From: Rhodoferax sp.
GTDB lineage: Bacteria; Pseudomonadota; Gammaproteobacteria; Burkholderiales; Burkholderiaceae_C
Length of the DNA: 38,058 bases
Reading direction: 5' to 3'
Assembly (NCBI GenBank): GCA_017880985.1
Contig: JADGRK010000001.1
Coordinates: 1-38,058 of the forward strand
The notes below the pieces were generated by a model that saw only the letters and a list, made by a program, of their open reading frames with translations, was not told the origin of the DNA and searched no databases. Positions within the stretch are counted from its first letter, which is position 1; every line of letters begins with the position of its first letter. Positions 26,408 to 36,882 of this stretch are shown here, in pieces. The translations under genes were made by a program, and so were the position numbers.

Positions 26408-27583
26408 ATGTCTCTAGTTGAACCCTATGGCGGGCGCGGCCTGCAGGAACTGCTGCTCGAAGGTGATGAACTCGCCGCCGAACTGGCTCGCGCTGCCACT
26501 TTACCCAAAATACGCGTAAGTTCGCGTGAAAAGGGCGACCTCATCATGCTGGGCATTGGCGGGTTTACGCCGCTGGAGGGATTCATGTCGCACGCCGACT
26601 GGTCAGGCATTTGTGACGGCATGAAGATGGCGAGTGGCCTGTTCTGGCCCATCCCGATCACCCTCTCTACCGACCCGGCGACTGCTGATGCCATCAAACT
26701 GGGTAGCGACATCGCGCTGACCGACCCGGACAACGGCTGCATCCTCGCGACCATGCGCGTGACCGAAAAATATGCAATCGACAAGGCGCACGAATGTGCG
26801 ACCGTGTTCAAGACCACCGATCCGAAGCATCCCGGTGTCAAGTTAGTCATGGAACAGGGCGACATCAATCTGGCGGGCCCGGTCAAAGTGCTATCCCAGG
26901 GCGATTTCCCGGAAAAATACGGCGCCCTTTTTATGTCGCCCAGACAGACGCGCGCGCAGTTTGAGGCGATGGGATGGAGCAAGGTTGCTGCCTTTCAGAC
27001 CCGTAACCCGATGCACCGATCCCATGAGTACCTGGCCAAAATTGCCATCGAAACCTGCGATGGCGTTCTGATCCACTCCTTGCTCGGCAACCTCAAACCG
27101 GGTGACATTCCAGCCGAAGTACGCGCCAAAGCCATCGCCACCCTGACTGAAAATTACTTCGTCAAGAAAACCGTCATTCAAGCCGGTTACCCCCTGGATA
27201 TGCGCTATGCCGGCCCGCGCGAAGCGCTGCTGCATGCCCTGTTCCGGCAGAACTACGGCTGCTCGCACCAGATTGTCGGACGCGACCACGCCGGCGTCGG
27301 CAGCTACTACGGCCCGTTCGACGCCCACCACATCTTTGACACCATTCCCCCAGACGCGTTACAGACACAGCCACTCAAAATCGACATAGCATTCTGGTGC
27401 TACAAATGCGGCGGCATGGCCTCGGCGCGCACCTGCCCGCACACCGATGCGGATCGGCTGCAGGTCTCCGGCACCCAATTGCGCAAATCGCTGTCTGAAG
27501 GTGCACCCGTTGCGCCCGAATTCAGCCGACCTGAAGTACTGGCAATCTTGCGCGAGTACTACGCCAGTCTTGATACCAAGTAA
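26408..27583 (+). CDS. sat: Sulfate adenylyltransferase
   Basis: [40 protein letters not shown]. Confidence 0.98.
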   Translation: MSLVEPYGGRGLQELLLEGDELAAELARAATLPKIRVSSREKGDLIMLGIGGFTPLEGFMSHADWSGICDGMKMASGLFWPIPITLSTDPATADAIKLGSDIALTDPDNGCILATMRVTEKYAIDKAHECATVFKTTDPKHPGVKLVMEQGDINLAGPVKVLSQGDFPEKYGALFMSPRQTRAQFEAMGWSKVAAFQTRNPMHRSHEYLAKIAIETCDGVLIHSLLGNLKPGDIPAEVRAKAIATLTENYFVKKTVIQAGYPLDMRYAGPREALLHALFRQNYGCSHQIVGRDHAGVGSYYGPFDAHHIFDTIPPDALQTQPLKIDIAFWCYKCGGMASARTCPHTDADRLQVSGTQLRKSLSEGAPVAPEFSRPEVLAILREYYASLDTK

Positions 27584-27620
27584 ACCCCGTAAACCCCAAC
27601 CCCCAAGAAGGAGATAAGAA

Positions 27621-28097
27621 ATGCCAACCTACGTGAGAACCGACAAGTGCGATGGATGCAAAGGGCAGGACAAAACTGCTTGCATGTACATCTGCCCGCA
27701 CGATCTGATGGCGCTGGACAAGGATGGCTCGCAAACCGGCCATGCCATGAAGGCGTGGAATCAGGAGCCTGAACAGTGCTGGGAATGTTATTCCTGTGTG
27801 AAGATTTGTCCGCAAAACGCGATCGAAGTGCGTCACTACGCAGACATCGTGCCGTTGGGCGGCTCGGTGCAGCCGATGCGCGGCTCCGATTCAATTATGT
27901 GGACCATCAAGTTCCGCAACGGCACGCTCAAACGCTTCAAATTTCCGATTCGTACCACCGCCGAGGGTTCCATTGATCCCTACGGTAACAAGCCGATGCC
28001 AAAAATGGCTGAGCTCTCCAGTCCAGCCATGTTTACCCAGGCAGTGATGGGCGGCTACCGTACCGGCCTGGCCTCCGAACTGATCCGCTGCAAATAA
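27621..28097 (+). CDS. aprB: APS reductase beta subunit
   Basis: CDGCKGQDKTACMYICP, CWECYSCVKICP, WTIKFRNG. Confidence 0.98.
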   Translation: MPTYVRTDKCDGCKGQDKTACMYICPHDLMALDKDGSQTGHAMKAWNQEPEQCWECYSCVKICPQNAIEVRHYADIVPLGGSVQPMRGSDSIMWTIKFRNGTLKRFKFPIRTTAEGSIDPYGNKPMPKMAELSSPAMFTQAVMGGYRTGLASELIRCK

Positions 28098-28123
28098 CCC
28101 AACCCATTCAAAAGGTGAATCGA

Positions 28124-30154
28124 ATGTCTCAAGCTAGCTTTGAAAATCCCAAAATCATTCAGGAAGACCTGGACATACTGATAGTCGGCGGCGGCATGGC
28201 AAGTTGCGGTGCCGCTTATGAAGTGGTGCGCTGGGCCGATGCCGTCAAGGCCGAAACCGGCACCGAACTCAAGATCAAACTGGTGGACAAGGCAGCCTTG
28301 GACCGCTCCGGTGCCGTGGCGCAGGGTCTTTCCGCGATCAATACCTACATCGGGCCTGACCTGGACCCAGCCGACTATGCCCGCATGGTCTCCAACGACC
28401 TGATGGGCATCACCCGTGACGACCTGACCTACGACATGGGCCGTATCGTCGATGACTCCGTGCATTTGTTCGAAGAGTGGGGCCTGCCGATCTGGAAAAC
28501 CGACGCCGAGGGCGTGCGCCACGACGGTGCCGAATCGCTGAAAGAAGGCATTCCATCTCTCAAGGACGGCGGCAAACCAGTACGCTCAGGCAAGTGGCAG
28601 ATCATGATCAACGGCGAGTCCTACAAATGGATCGTCGCCGAGGCGGCCAAAAAGGCGCTCGGTCTGGCACGCATCGAAGAACGTATATTTATTGTCAAGC
28701 TGATCAACGACAAGAACGACCCCTCGCGCGTGGCTGGCGCAGTGGGCTTCTCGGTGCGTGACAACACGATCCATATCTACAAGGCCAAGGCCGTCCTGCT
28801 GGCGGCAGGCGGCTGCGTCAACCTGTTCCGTCCGCGCTCGGTCGGTGAAGGTCAGGGCCGCGCCTGGTATCCGGTGTGGAATGCCGGCTCCACCTATGCC
28901 ATGGCCGCTGAGGCCGGTGCCGAGATGACCATGATGGAAAACCGCTTTGTGCCGGCTCGATTCAAAGACGGCTACGGTCCGGTCGGTGCCTGGTTCCTGT
29001 TGTTCAAGGCCAAGGCAATCAATGCCTACGGCGAGGATTACATGGTCAAGAACAAGGAAATGCTCAACGACTACCCGCCGTACGGCCAGGCCGCCGTTCC
29101 GGCTTCCTGCCTGCGCAACCACCTGATGCTCAAAGAAATGAAGGACGGTCACGGCCCGATCTACATGGACACAGTCACCGCGCTGGCCAAACTGCGCGAA
29201 ACGCTCTCGCCCAAGGAAGTCAAGCATCTGGAAGCGGAAGCCTGGGAAGACTTCATCGACATGTGCATCGGCCAATGCGGTATCTGGGTCGGTGAAAACA
29301 TCGAGCCCGAAAAGAAAATGTCCGAACTGATTCCGACCGAGCCCTACCTGCTCGGCTCGCATTCGGGTTGCTGCGGCATCTGGGTGTCGGGTCCGGAAGA
29401 TCTGGGCGCACCGACTACCGAAGAGTATGACGGCATCCCCGCCCATCTGCCCAAGGGCTGGAACTGGGGCTATCGCTCCATGACCACGGTCAAGGGGCTA
29501 TTCACTGCGGGCGATGGTGTGGGCGCTTCGGGCCACAAATTCTCTTCCGGTTCCCATGCAGAAGGACGCATAGCCGCCAAGGCCATGGTCAAATTTGCCA
29601 TTGACAACAAGGATTGGAAGGTTGAGCTTGACACCTCTGTCGAGCAACTCGCAGCAGAGATTTATCAGCCGGTGCGTACTTTCCTTGAGTTCAAGGATTA
29701 CAGCACCGCGATCGACATCAATCCGAACTACATCGTGCCCAAGATGCTGCAGATGCGCCTGCAGAAAATCATGGACGAGTATGTTGCCGGTTGCAGCACC
29801 TACTACAACACCAATGACAAGATGCTGGCGGTGGCCGAGGAGAAGCTCAATCTGCTCAAGGAAGACTCGCTGAAAATGCGCGCAAAAGACCTGCACGAGT
29901 TGCTGCGGGCCTGGGAAAACTACCATCGCATCATCACTGCCGAAGCACACATGAAGCACATCCAGTTCCGCGAAGAAAGCCGCTACCCCGGTTTCTACTA
30001 TCGCACCGACAAGAACTTTGTCGATGAGAAAAACTGGCACTGCTTCGTCAATTCGATCTACGACAAGAACACCAAGCAGTGGACTTGCTTCAAACGCAAG
30101 CACGTTGATCTGGTGGACAAGTCCAAGCTGTTCAAGGTAGCGCCAGCGCATTGA
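28124..30154 (+). CDS. aprA: APS reductase alpha subunit
   Basis: RSGAVAQGLSAINTY, WQIMINGESYK, RFKDGYGPVGAW, GHKFSSGSHAEGR; ATG 28124 preferred over GTG 28115. Confidence 0.98.
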   Translation: MSQASFENPKIIQEDLDILIVGGGMASCGAAYEVVRWADAVKAETGTELKIKLVDKAALDRSGAVAQGLSAINTYIGPDLDPADYARMVSNDLMGITRDDLTYDMGRIVDDSVHLFEEWGLPIWKTDAEGVRHDGAESLKEGIPSLKDGGKPVRSGKWQIMINGESYKWIVAEAAKKALGLARIEERIFIVKLINDKNDPSRVAGAVGFSVRDNTIHIYKAKAVLLAAGGCVNLFRPRSVGEGQGRAWYPVWNAGSTYAMAAEAGAEMTMMENRFVPARFKDGYGPVGAWFLLFKAKAINAYGEDYMVKNKEMLNDYPPYGQAAVPASCLRNHLMLKEMKDGHGPIYMDTVTALAKLRETLSPKEVKHLEAEAWEDFIDMCIGQCGIWVGENIEPEKKMSELIPTEPYLLGSHSGCCGIWVSGPEDLGAPTTEEYDGIPAHLPKGWNWGYRSMTTVKGLFTAGDGVGASGHKFSSGSHAEGRIAAKAMVKFAIDNKDWKVELDTSVEQLAAEIYQPVRTFLEFKDYSTAIDINPNYIVPKMLQMRLQKIMDEYVAGCSTYYNTNDKMLAVAEEKLNLLKEDSLKMRAKDLHELLRAWENYHRIITAEAHMKHIQFREESRYPGFYYRTDKNFVDEKNWHCFVNSIYDKNTKQWTCFKRKHVDLVDKSKLFKVAPAH

Positions 30155-30188
30155 GCGTCCCATTGCTCTTGGTCGCGTAAGATCGCGA

Positions 30189-30224
30189 AGGCCGGGTGCC
30201 GCAAGGTAGCCGGCCTGTTTTTTT
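30189..30224 (+). terminator. Rho-independent terminator after aprA
   Basis: aggccgg-g-tgcc-GCAA-ggta-g-ccggcct stem-loop followed by a T7 tract. Confidence 0.85.
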
Positions 30225-30273
30225 ACAAAAAGGTTTTCGTCCTGCTCCAGTGACGTGCAACAAGGTATCAGCA

Positions 30274-31176
30274 ATGAACGACAACAAGACGAAGAATCTA
30301 CCCTTTCCTGGCAGCCCGGTGGTGCCGCAGACATTTGATGGCAGCAAGGTGATCCAGTTTCAATGCCGCAAAGGCATTGCTTGCTGGAACGCCTGTTGTA
30401 GCAACATCGACATCTCTTTGACTCCTTATGACATTCTGCGACTCAAGCGCCGCTTCGAGACCAGTTCCGGCGAGTTCCTGCAAAAATACACGGTCCCCTT
30501 CGAGATTGAGCAGAACAGCATCGCTGGCGTCAAACTGCGACCGGTCGAAAATGGCACAGCCTGCCAGTTCATGACACCAGCAGGCTGTAGCGTCTATGCA
30601 GACCGTCCGACCGCCTGCCGCTACTATCCGGTCGCGCTGTTGTCGCTGCGACGCCAGGATGAAAGCACTGACCATACTTCCTACGCGCTGGTTGAAGAGG
30701 CGCACTGCCTGGGCCACAAGGAGCCGCGCCAAATTAGCGTCAATGACTACCGCAAGGAGCAGGGGCTGGAAGAGTATGACGATCTGGCGCGCGGCTGGCG
30801 TCAACTGATTCTGAAGAAAAAATCATCCGGCCCGAGCATTGGAACGCCCTCCAAGCGCAGCCTGGAGCTCTTCTTCATGGTTTGCTACGACCTCGACCGT
30901 TTCAGCCAATTCGTGGCCAGCGATGGCTTCAGCGACATCTACGATTTGCCAGCGCAAGAGATGAAGAACATTCTTTGCGACGACGTTGAGCTGATGCAGT
31001 TCGGCTTCCGCTTGCTCAGGCAAGTCCTGTTCGGTGAGGAGTCCATTCCACTGCGCAAGGAAGCGGCGCATGAGCGGCGTTTGCGTCACCAGGAGAAGAT
31101 CCAGCGCATGGAGACTGAGTCGGCAGCGCGCCGCGCTGCGGAGCAGGATGAGATGTACGAAAACCCGGATGAATGA
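30274..31176 (+). CDS. YkgJ-family (CxxCxxCC) cysteine-cluster protein
   Basis: FQC..GIACWNACC, CQFM...GCSVY..RP.ACRYYP; start moved to ATG 30274. Confidence 0.85.
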   Translation: MNDNKTKNLPFPGSPVVPQTFDGSKVIQFQCRKGIACWNACCSNIDISLTPYDILRLKRRFETSSGEFLQKYTVPFEIEQNSIAGVKLRPVENGTACQFMTPAGCSVYADRPTACRYYPVALLSLRRQDESTDHTSYALVEEAHCLGHKEPRQISVNDYRKEQGLEEYDDLARGWRQLILKKKSSGPSIGTPSKRSLELFFMVCYDLDRFSQFVASDGFSDIYDLPAQEMKNILCDDVELMQFGFRLLRQVLFGEESIPLRKEAAHERRLRHQEKIQRMETESAARRAAEQDEMYENPDE

Positions 31177-31184
31177 ACACCGGC

Positions 31185-31574
31185 TCAGAGTTGGCGCCAG
31201 GGCAAGCCATGCATGCGCCATCCGCCCAATGTTCCGCGATGATGCTGCGGATCCAGGTCGCCCTCGAAACCCTCAAGGACATTGCTCACATTGGTGAAGC
31301 CGTCCCGTTCAAGCGCCAGCCCCGCATCCACTGATCGTTTGCCGCTGCGGCAGATCAGAATGACCTGCCGGTCCCTGCGCCCAGCCATGCGCAAAACAGA
31401 GTCGCAAAAGTTCGGGTTGACTTCAAAATCGGGCGAGATATTCCACTCGATATTGACCGCATCAGTCGGATGGCCGACGTAATAAAACTCGTCTTCCGTT
31501 CGGCAGTCAATTAGCAAAGTGTTCGGATTGGCTTGAAGAACCTCAAAGGCTTGTTTCGGGTGTAAGTGTTCCAT
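31185..31574 (-). CDS. Single-domain rhodanese
   Basis: IDCRT..EF, active loop ICRSGKRS, LEGFEG, GW...GLPW; ATG 31574 with AGGAG. Confidence 0.9.
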   Translation of the reverse strand: MEHLHPKQAFEVLQANPNTLLIDCRTEDEFYYVGHPTDAVNIEWNISPDFEVNPNFCDSVLRMAGRRDRQVILICRSGKRSVDAGLALERDGFTNVSNVLEGFEGDLDPQHHRGTLGGWRMHGLPWRQL

Positions 31575-31666
31575 GTATGACTCCTTGGCCGTATTGTGCA
31601 ACGACAAATGGCGTGCCTTCGGACTTCTTTGTCATATCGATATTACCCGCAGTCAAGTTCCAAAGC

Positions 31667-32569
31667 CTATTTTTTCTGCGCGAGCTCCTGCAGCTTTGTC
31701 GGCTCAATGATGTGTTGGTTCAGGCCCGCTTCTTTCACGCTGGCACCGTAAGCCACGCTCATGAGTTGTGAGTAGTACATCACCGGCATGTTGAGCTTGG
31801 TGCCATGGTTGCGGTTGATCTCGGACTGATAGACCTCCACATTGGCCTGACACAATGGGCAGGGCGTGACAATCATGTCGGCACCGTTATCGTAGGCCGA
31901 TTCAACAAGCTCACGAATGAGCTTCTGACTCTTTTCAGGCTCTGGAAAGCCGAGCGCCCCACCGCAGCAGCTCACTTTATGCTCCCAGTTCGCAATCGGC
32001 TCGCCGCCCACGGTCTCAATCAGTTTGTCCAGATACATCGGGTTTTCAAACGACTCACCGGCAATGCCAAATGGGCGGTTGGTCTGGCAGCCCACATAGC
32101 CGGCAAACTTGATACCTGCCAACGGTTTCACCACCGGTTTCTTGAGTTCATCGTAGCCAAAGTCTTCAATCAAAACTTCAACCATGTGGCGTACTGGCGC
32201 GCTGCCCTTGTAGGTCAATCCGGCTTCTTTCAGCGCCTTGTTGGTGTCGGCCAGCAGCGCCGCACTGCCGTCAATCTTTTCCTTGGACTCGCGCGCATTG
32301 AGCCAGCAACCGGCGCAGGTGGCGACGATGTCCTTACCCGGCAGGTGCTGTTCGGCCAATACCAGGTTGCGCGCATTCAAGGCCAGGCGTTCGAGTTGCC
32401 CGCCGCCCGCGTAACTGATCGACGCACTACAGCAGTTCCAGTCCGGGATCGGCGTCATCTTGAGATCAAGCGCCTTGCACATCGAGTTGACCGATACCAG
32501 GTAATTGGCAGCAGAGGCCTTGGGCTGTGACGAGCAGCCGGGGTAAAACGCGTATTCTTTTTTGGCCAT
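31667..32569 (-). CDS. hdrB: Heterodisulfide reductase subunit B-like
   Basis: FYPGCS, DWNCCS, CAGC, YVGCQ, CCGG, TPCPLCQ. Confidence 0.92.
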   Translation of the reverse strand: MAKKEYAFYPGCSSQPKASAANYLVSVNSMCKALDLKMTPIPDWNCCSASISYAGGGQLERLALNARNLVLAEQHLPGKDIVATCAGCWLNARESKEKIDGSAALLADTNKALKEAGLTYKGSAPVRHMVEVLIEDFGYDELKKPVVKPLAGIKFAGYVGCQTNRPFGIAGESFENPMYLDKLIETVGGEPIANWEHKVSCCGGALGFPEPEKSQKLIRELVESAYDNGADMIVTPCPLCQANVEVYQSEINRNHGTKLNMPVMYYSQLMSVAYGASVKEAGLNQHIIEPTKLQELAQKK

Positions 32570-32591
32570 AATGGGGAACTCCTTTAATCAG

Positions 32592-32715
32592 TTGAGGACA
32601 GAGCTAGCGAACATCCAACATCTGACGATCACTTGGGGACAGAGCTTGTTCACTTCGTGTAACTGCGGTCTGTCCCACAAGGTATTTTGGTTGGTAGCTG
32701 CGGTCAGTCCCGCAA
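32592..32715 (-). repeat. Nested double copy of the dispersed hairpin element
   Basis: Outer left arm 32592-32605, full 48-nt copy B 32633-32680, outer right arm 32698-32715; fills most of the hdrC-hdrB spacer. Confidence 0.88.
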
Positions 32716-32719
32716 AATT

Positions 32720-33373
32720 TCATGATGTTGGGTGCTGGTTCTGGTGCTCGATTTCGCGCGCCTTCTTCAGCATCGCGGTAATGCCGCTCTGGCCCTTGCA
32801 GCGGTGCCCGCCGAATAATTCAAACGGGTTGAGCCGCTGGGCCAGCATCATGTTGCGGCCGATGTCGCGCATGACCCAGGCTTGTTTGATGCCAGCCATC
32901 AGACCGTCCTTAAAGTACAGGCCCATCGTCAATTTAAGTTCATTGAGTCGGCCGGTCTTGACGCAGTTGTTCCAGAACTGCACCGAAAATAATCGGGTTG
33001 ACTGCTTCTCGCGTGCCAGCCCGACCTGGTGCGCATAGCTGGCAAGCCCATGCATGATGTGGGTGATCGGAAGCTTGCGCGGGCAGCGTGCCATGCAGTT
33101 GTAGCAGGAGGTACACATCCACATTGAGTCAGACTTGAGCACCTCGTCGCGCTTGCCGGCCCGGATCATCATAAAAATCTTTTGTGGCGTGTGTTCCCAG
33201 TGCGGGCCCAGCGGACAGGAGCCCGCGCAAACGCCGCACTGCATGCACATCTTGACCCATTGACCATCCTCAACGTACGCCTCAACTTCTTTGAGAAAGT
33301 TGTTGTGGTAGCGCGTTGTGGCAGCGGTATTGTTGGCGCTCATTGTCATCTTTGTCGTTTGCAGCGTTTCCAT
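32720..33373 (-). CDS. hdrC: Heterodisulfide reductase subunit C-like
   Basis: CMQCGVCAGSCP and WMCTSCYNCMARCP; start ATG 33373 overlaps the qmoB stop (TAATG); a slightly later ATG is possible. Confidence 0.9.
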   Translation of the reverse strand: METLQTTKMTMSANNTAATTRYHNNFLKEVEAYVEDGQWVKMCMQCGVCAGSCPLGPHWEHTPQKIFMMIRAGKRDEVLKSDSMWMCTSCYNCMARCPRKLPITHIMHGLASYAHQVGLAREKQSTRLFSVQFWNNCVKTGRLNELKLTMGLYFKDGLMAGIKQAWVMRDIGRNMMLAQRLNPFELFGGHRCKGQSGITAMLKKAREIEHQNQHPTS

Positions 33374-35577
33374 TAACTGAACCCCTTCATCGGCGACATT
33401 CCAATTTCCTTGATCTTGGCGGCATACTCGTTGATCAACGCTGCCACACGCTGGCTGTCGGTAATCGCCACCTCGTAGCTGGCCACGCGCTCCGGCTCCA
33501 ACCCCATCCCCTTGAGTGTGTCGTCGATCTTGCTCATGCGGTAATACGCCAGCTCCGAGCCTTTGACAAAATGACACTGATAGTCATCGCCCCGCTTGCA
33601 GCCCATCATCATCACACCGTCCCAGCCACCATTGAGCGCATCGGTAATCCAGATCGCATTGATCGAGCCGAGGCAGCGCACCGGAATAGCACGCACAAAG
33701 GCGGAATAAACAGTGCGCGACAGGCCCGCCATGTCGAGCGCCGGGTAGGCATCGTTCTCACAAGCCAGCAGCAGGATGCGCGGCCGCTCGGAGAACTCAT
33801 CAGGCATGTCGAGTGACTTGATCTGACTGCCCACCGTATCGACCGAGTAGTTCTCAAAAGAGATCACCCGCACTGGACAGGCACCCATGCAGGTTCCACA
33901 ACGCCGACAACGCGATTCATTGAATACCGGGAAGCGCCGCTCGTCCTCGTCGATCGCACCAAACGGACATTCGACCGTGCAGCGCTTGCACTGCGTACAA
34001 CCCTCCAGCCGCACAATCGGGTATGACAAGTCGCCAGAGCGCGGATGTGCGGCCCGACCCAGCAGCGCATTCTCCACCGTCTGAATCGCTTTGAGCGCTG
34101 CGCCGGTGGCATCATCCGTGGCTTGCTGCATGTCCATGGGACGGCGCACCGGGCCCGCCGCATAGATGCCGGTGCGCCGCGTCTCGTAGGGAAAACAAAT
34201 AAAGTGTGAATCAGTCAAACCAGCTTTGAGTTGCGGCAAATCCTTGCCCTGGCGATAGGTCAGATTCAGGATCGAAATGGGCTTGACGCCCGTCTGCTGC
34301 TCCTCAGGGATATCGATGTTGACCCCAGAATTCGGTACCTGGCCGGTAGCGAGCACCACCAGATCAGCACTGACAGTGGCGTCTTCATCAAGAATCAAAT
34401 CCCGGAAGTTCACCGTGCATCCAGCGCCTTGTGCATTAACCTTGCTCACCTTGCCTTTGGTGAAGGTCACACCCTTGCGCTGCGCACTGCGGTAAAAATC
34501 CTCACTCATGCCGGGCAAACGAAGGTCAGAATAAAGTACAACAGTGTCAATGTCAGGATTGGCATCCTTGAAATACATCGCCTGCTTGACACTGGTCGCA
34601 CAGCAATGACCCGAGCAATACGGCAAATGCGCTCCGGTCTCATCGCGCTGACCCGCACACTGAATGAACACGACGCTTTGCACCACGTGGCCATCGGTGC
34701 GCTGAATGGCGCCGCCATTGGCCGAGCAAGCCAGCGCTTCCAGCCCGGCTTGATCGACCACACCGGGCAGGCCGCCGCCGAGTTCAGGCAAACGTGCCAT
34801 GTCATAAGTCGAAAAACCGCTGGCCTGAATGATCGCCCCAACCATCTCCTGCACCACGGCACCGCTCTCCTGCGCGATCTGGACCGCAAACCGACCCGGC
34901 GCCCCAGCCGTCTCGGCCAGTGTGGAACCCAGATGAACGCTGATGCGTGGATGCGCCACAACCCTGGCAATCAATTCCTTGACGCCAGTGGCTTGTGGCT
35001 CGGCATAGGGGTCACGAAACGGCACCCGCTTCCACAGCTTGGCCGCCCAGCCACCCAGCGCCGGCGCTTTTTCAACAAGAACCACTTCGTAGCCGGTTTC
35101 AGCCGCTTCGATCGCCGCCGTCAGGCCCGACACGCCGCCACCAACGACGAGAATCCGCTTGTTCGCACCGCGATCAGGGCTGCCAGCGGGCACTTTCATC
35201 TTCTTCAATTCGGCGCAACCCATGCGTATGTAGTCATCGGCCATTTCCTGACGCACTTCGTTATGTGCTGGCCCTTCGGCCACGATCCAGATCACACCTT
35301 CACGCAAATTGGCGCGTGCCATGGAAATCTCGGGGAAATTGAAAGCCTCGGTCTTTGCGCGACGCGAACAGGCAGCGATCATCAGATGACTGATACCCTC
35401 TTTCTTAATATCGTCGCGAATCATCTGGACGCCACCGGCGCTGCAAAGGAAGTCGTGGCGCTTGACCACCTGGATCTTGCCTTCCTTCTTCGCAATTTTC
35501 TCCAGCCCGTCGATATCGAGCGCCTCACCCAAGCCACAGCCAGCGCACAGGTACGCGGCGAATTTATTGTCAGCCAC
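33373..35577 (-). CDS. qmoB: QmoB (HdrA-like + ferredoxin + MvhD domain)
   Basis: GGGVSG, IQCAGQRD, CSGHCC, CTQCKRCTVECP, CENDAYPALD, VRCLGS, YQCHF; GTG 35577 with GGAGG. Confidence 0.93.
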   Translation of the reverse strand: MADNKFAAYLCAGCGLGEALDIDGLEKIAKKEGKIQVVKRHDFLCSAGGVQMIRDDIKKEGISHLMIAACSRRAKTEAFNFPEISMARANLREGVIWIVAEGPAHNEVRQEMADDYIRMGCAELKKMKVPAGSPDRGANKRILVVGGGVSGLTAAIEAAETGYEVVLVEKAPALGGWAAKLWKRVPFRDPYAEPQATGVKELIARVVAHPRISVHLGSTLAETAGAPGRFAVQIAQESGAVVQEMVGAIIQASGFSTYDMARLPELGGGLPGVVDQAGLEALACSANGGAIQRTDGHVVQSVVFIQCAGQRDETGAHLPYCSGHCCATSVKQAMYFKDANPDIDTVVLYSDLRLPGMSEDFYRSAQRKGVTFTKGKVSKVNAQGAGCTVNFRDLILDEDATVSADLVVLATGQVPNSGVNIDIPEEQQTGVKPISILNLTYRQGKDLPQLKAGLTDSHFICFPYETRRTGIYAAGPVRRPMDMQQATDDATGAALKAIQTVENALLGRAAHPRSGDLSYPIVRLEGCTQCKRCTVECPFGAIDEDERRFPVFNESRCRRCGTCMGACPVRVISFENYSVDTVGSQIKSLDMPDEFSERPRILLLACENDAYPALDMAGLSRTVYSAFVRAIPVRCLGSINAIWITDALNGGWDGVMMMGCKRGDDYQCHFVKGSELAYYRMSKIDDTLKGMGLEPERVASYEVAITDSQRVAALINEYAAKIKEIGMSPMKGFS

Positions 35578-35578
35578 T

Positions 35579-36859
35579 TTATGCTTCCTCCCCAACGGTC
35601 TGATGAATAACCTTGATGGCGCGCAGCGCAGCGCCGGTGGCACTTTGCACCGAACGATTCACATCAAGGGGACTGGCCGCAGAGCCGGCACCAAGCATGC
35701 CGCCATCGGCCGAGCCCTCAATAAATCCTGAAGAATCCGTGATCACGTCGTCCGGCAGTGTGATTCCGTTGGCCTCCGGTTCCATGCCGATCGCCAGCAC
35801 CACAAGGTCGTGCATGCTGGCATAACGGTGATAGCCCTCGGTGTCCACACCATGCAGGACCAGATCCCCATTCTTGGCCTGCTCGATGTTCGCTACTTTT
35901 GATTTGACAAAAGTAACCGTCGCATCCTGTTGCACCATCTGATAAAAATCTTCGAAGCGGTCAATCGCACGGATATCGATGTAATAGACCGTTGATTTGG
36001 CTGCGTCGCCATGGGCTTCACGCACGTACTGCGTCTGTTTCAGCGTGGCCATGCAACAGATACGCGAACAATGCCGCAAATGGTTCTCGTCGCGCGAACC
36101 GGCACACTGGATGAAGGCAATGTCTTTCGCTTCCCGTCCGTCCGATGGACGCAGCAGCTTGCCACCGGTAGGCCCGGCCGGATCAGCCAAGCGCTCGAAC
36201 TCGACGCTGGTGATCACATTGGGGAAGCGCCCATAGCCGTAGGGCTGAATCTTGGCTGCATCGTAGGGTTTCCAGCCGGTCGCCCAGACCACAGCACCCA
36301 CCGCAAGTTCGACCGTCTCTTCCTGCATCGCGAGGTCGATGGCATCGACCTTGCAGGCCGCTTTAGCCTTGTCGGCCTCTTCCGTGCCAATCAGGGACGG
36401 GTCGAGCACATAGCGCTGCGGATACGCCATCGCGTACGGCAGATGCGCCGCCTTGATCTTGCCCTGACCATAGTTGTACGCATCAGGAATCTCGCTACTG
36501 ACCACTGCGGCGCACTCGCCGCAAGCGGTGCAGTTCTCGTTGACGTAGCGCGGACGAATCTTCAACGTAGCCGTGTAGGCCCCGCGTTTGCCTTCAATTC
36601 GAACGACCTCAGTCATCGTCATCACACGCACATTCCGGTTGCCCTTGAGTCGTCGCAGATTGATTTCGAGTCCGCAGGCCGGATGGCACATCTTCGGAAA
36701 ATATCGGTACAGCAGCGCGGTACGCCCACCCAACGTAGCGCTGCGCTCGATCAGGACAACCTCCCGTCCGCATTCTGCCGCTTCGAGCGCCGCCGTCATG
36801 CCGCTGATGCCAGCGCCAACCACGAGAATGGTTTGACTGGTCGCGATAGGTACCTTCAT
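35579..36859 (-). CDS. qmoA: QmoA (HdrA-like flavoprotein)
   Basis: VVGAGISG, YFPKMCHPACG, IQCAGSRD, CSRICC; ATG 36859 with AGGAGG. Confidence 0.93.
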   Translation of the reverse strand: MKVPIATSQTILVVGAGISGMTAALEAAECGREVVLIERSATLGGRTALLYRYFPKMCHPACGLEINLRRLKGNRNVRVMTMTEVVRIEGKRGAYTATLKIRPRYVNENCTACGECAAVVSSEIPDAYNYGQGKIKAAHLPYAMAYPQRYVLDPSLIGTEEADKAKAACKVDAIDLAMQEETVELAVGAVVWATGWKPYDAAKIQPYGYGRFPNVITSVEFERLADPAGPTGGKLLRPSDGREAKDIAFIQCAGSRDENHLRHCSRICCMATLKQTQYVREAHGDAAKSTVYYIDIRAIDRFEDFYQMVQQDATVTFVKSKVANIEQAKNGDLVLHGVDTEGYHRYASMHDLVVLAIGMEPEANGITLPDDVITDSSGFIEGSADGGMLGAGSAASPLDVNRSVQSATGAALRAIKVIHQTVGEEA

Positions 36860-36882
36860 AAATCCTCCTTTGCTTCGATCGC

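Noticed and set aside
32592-32715. Mini CRISPR array serving the orphan Cas6
   Set aside because: The arms are arranged L-L-R-R as nested inverted repeats with 27- and 17-nt gaps, not as regular direct repeats with uniform spacers; no leader or cas1-cas2.
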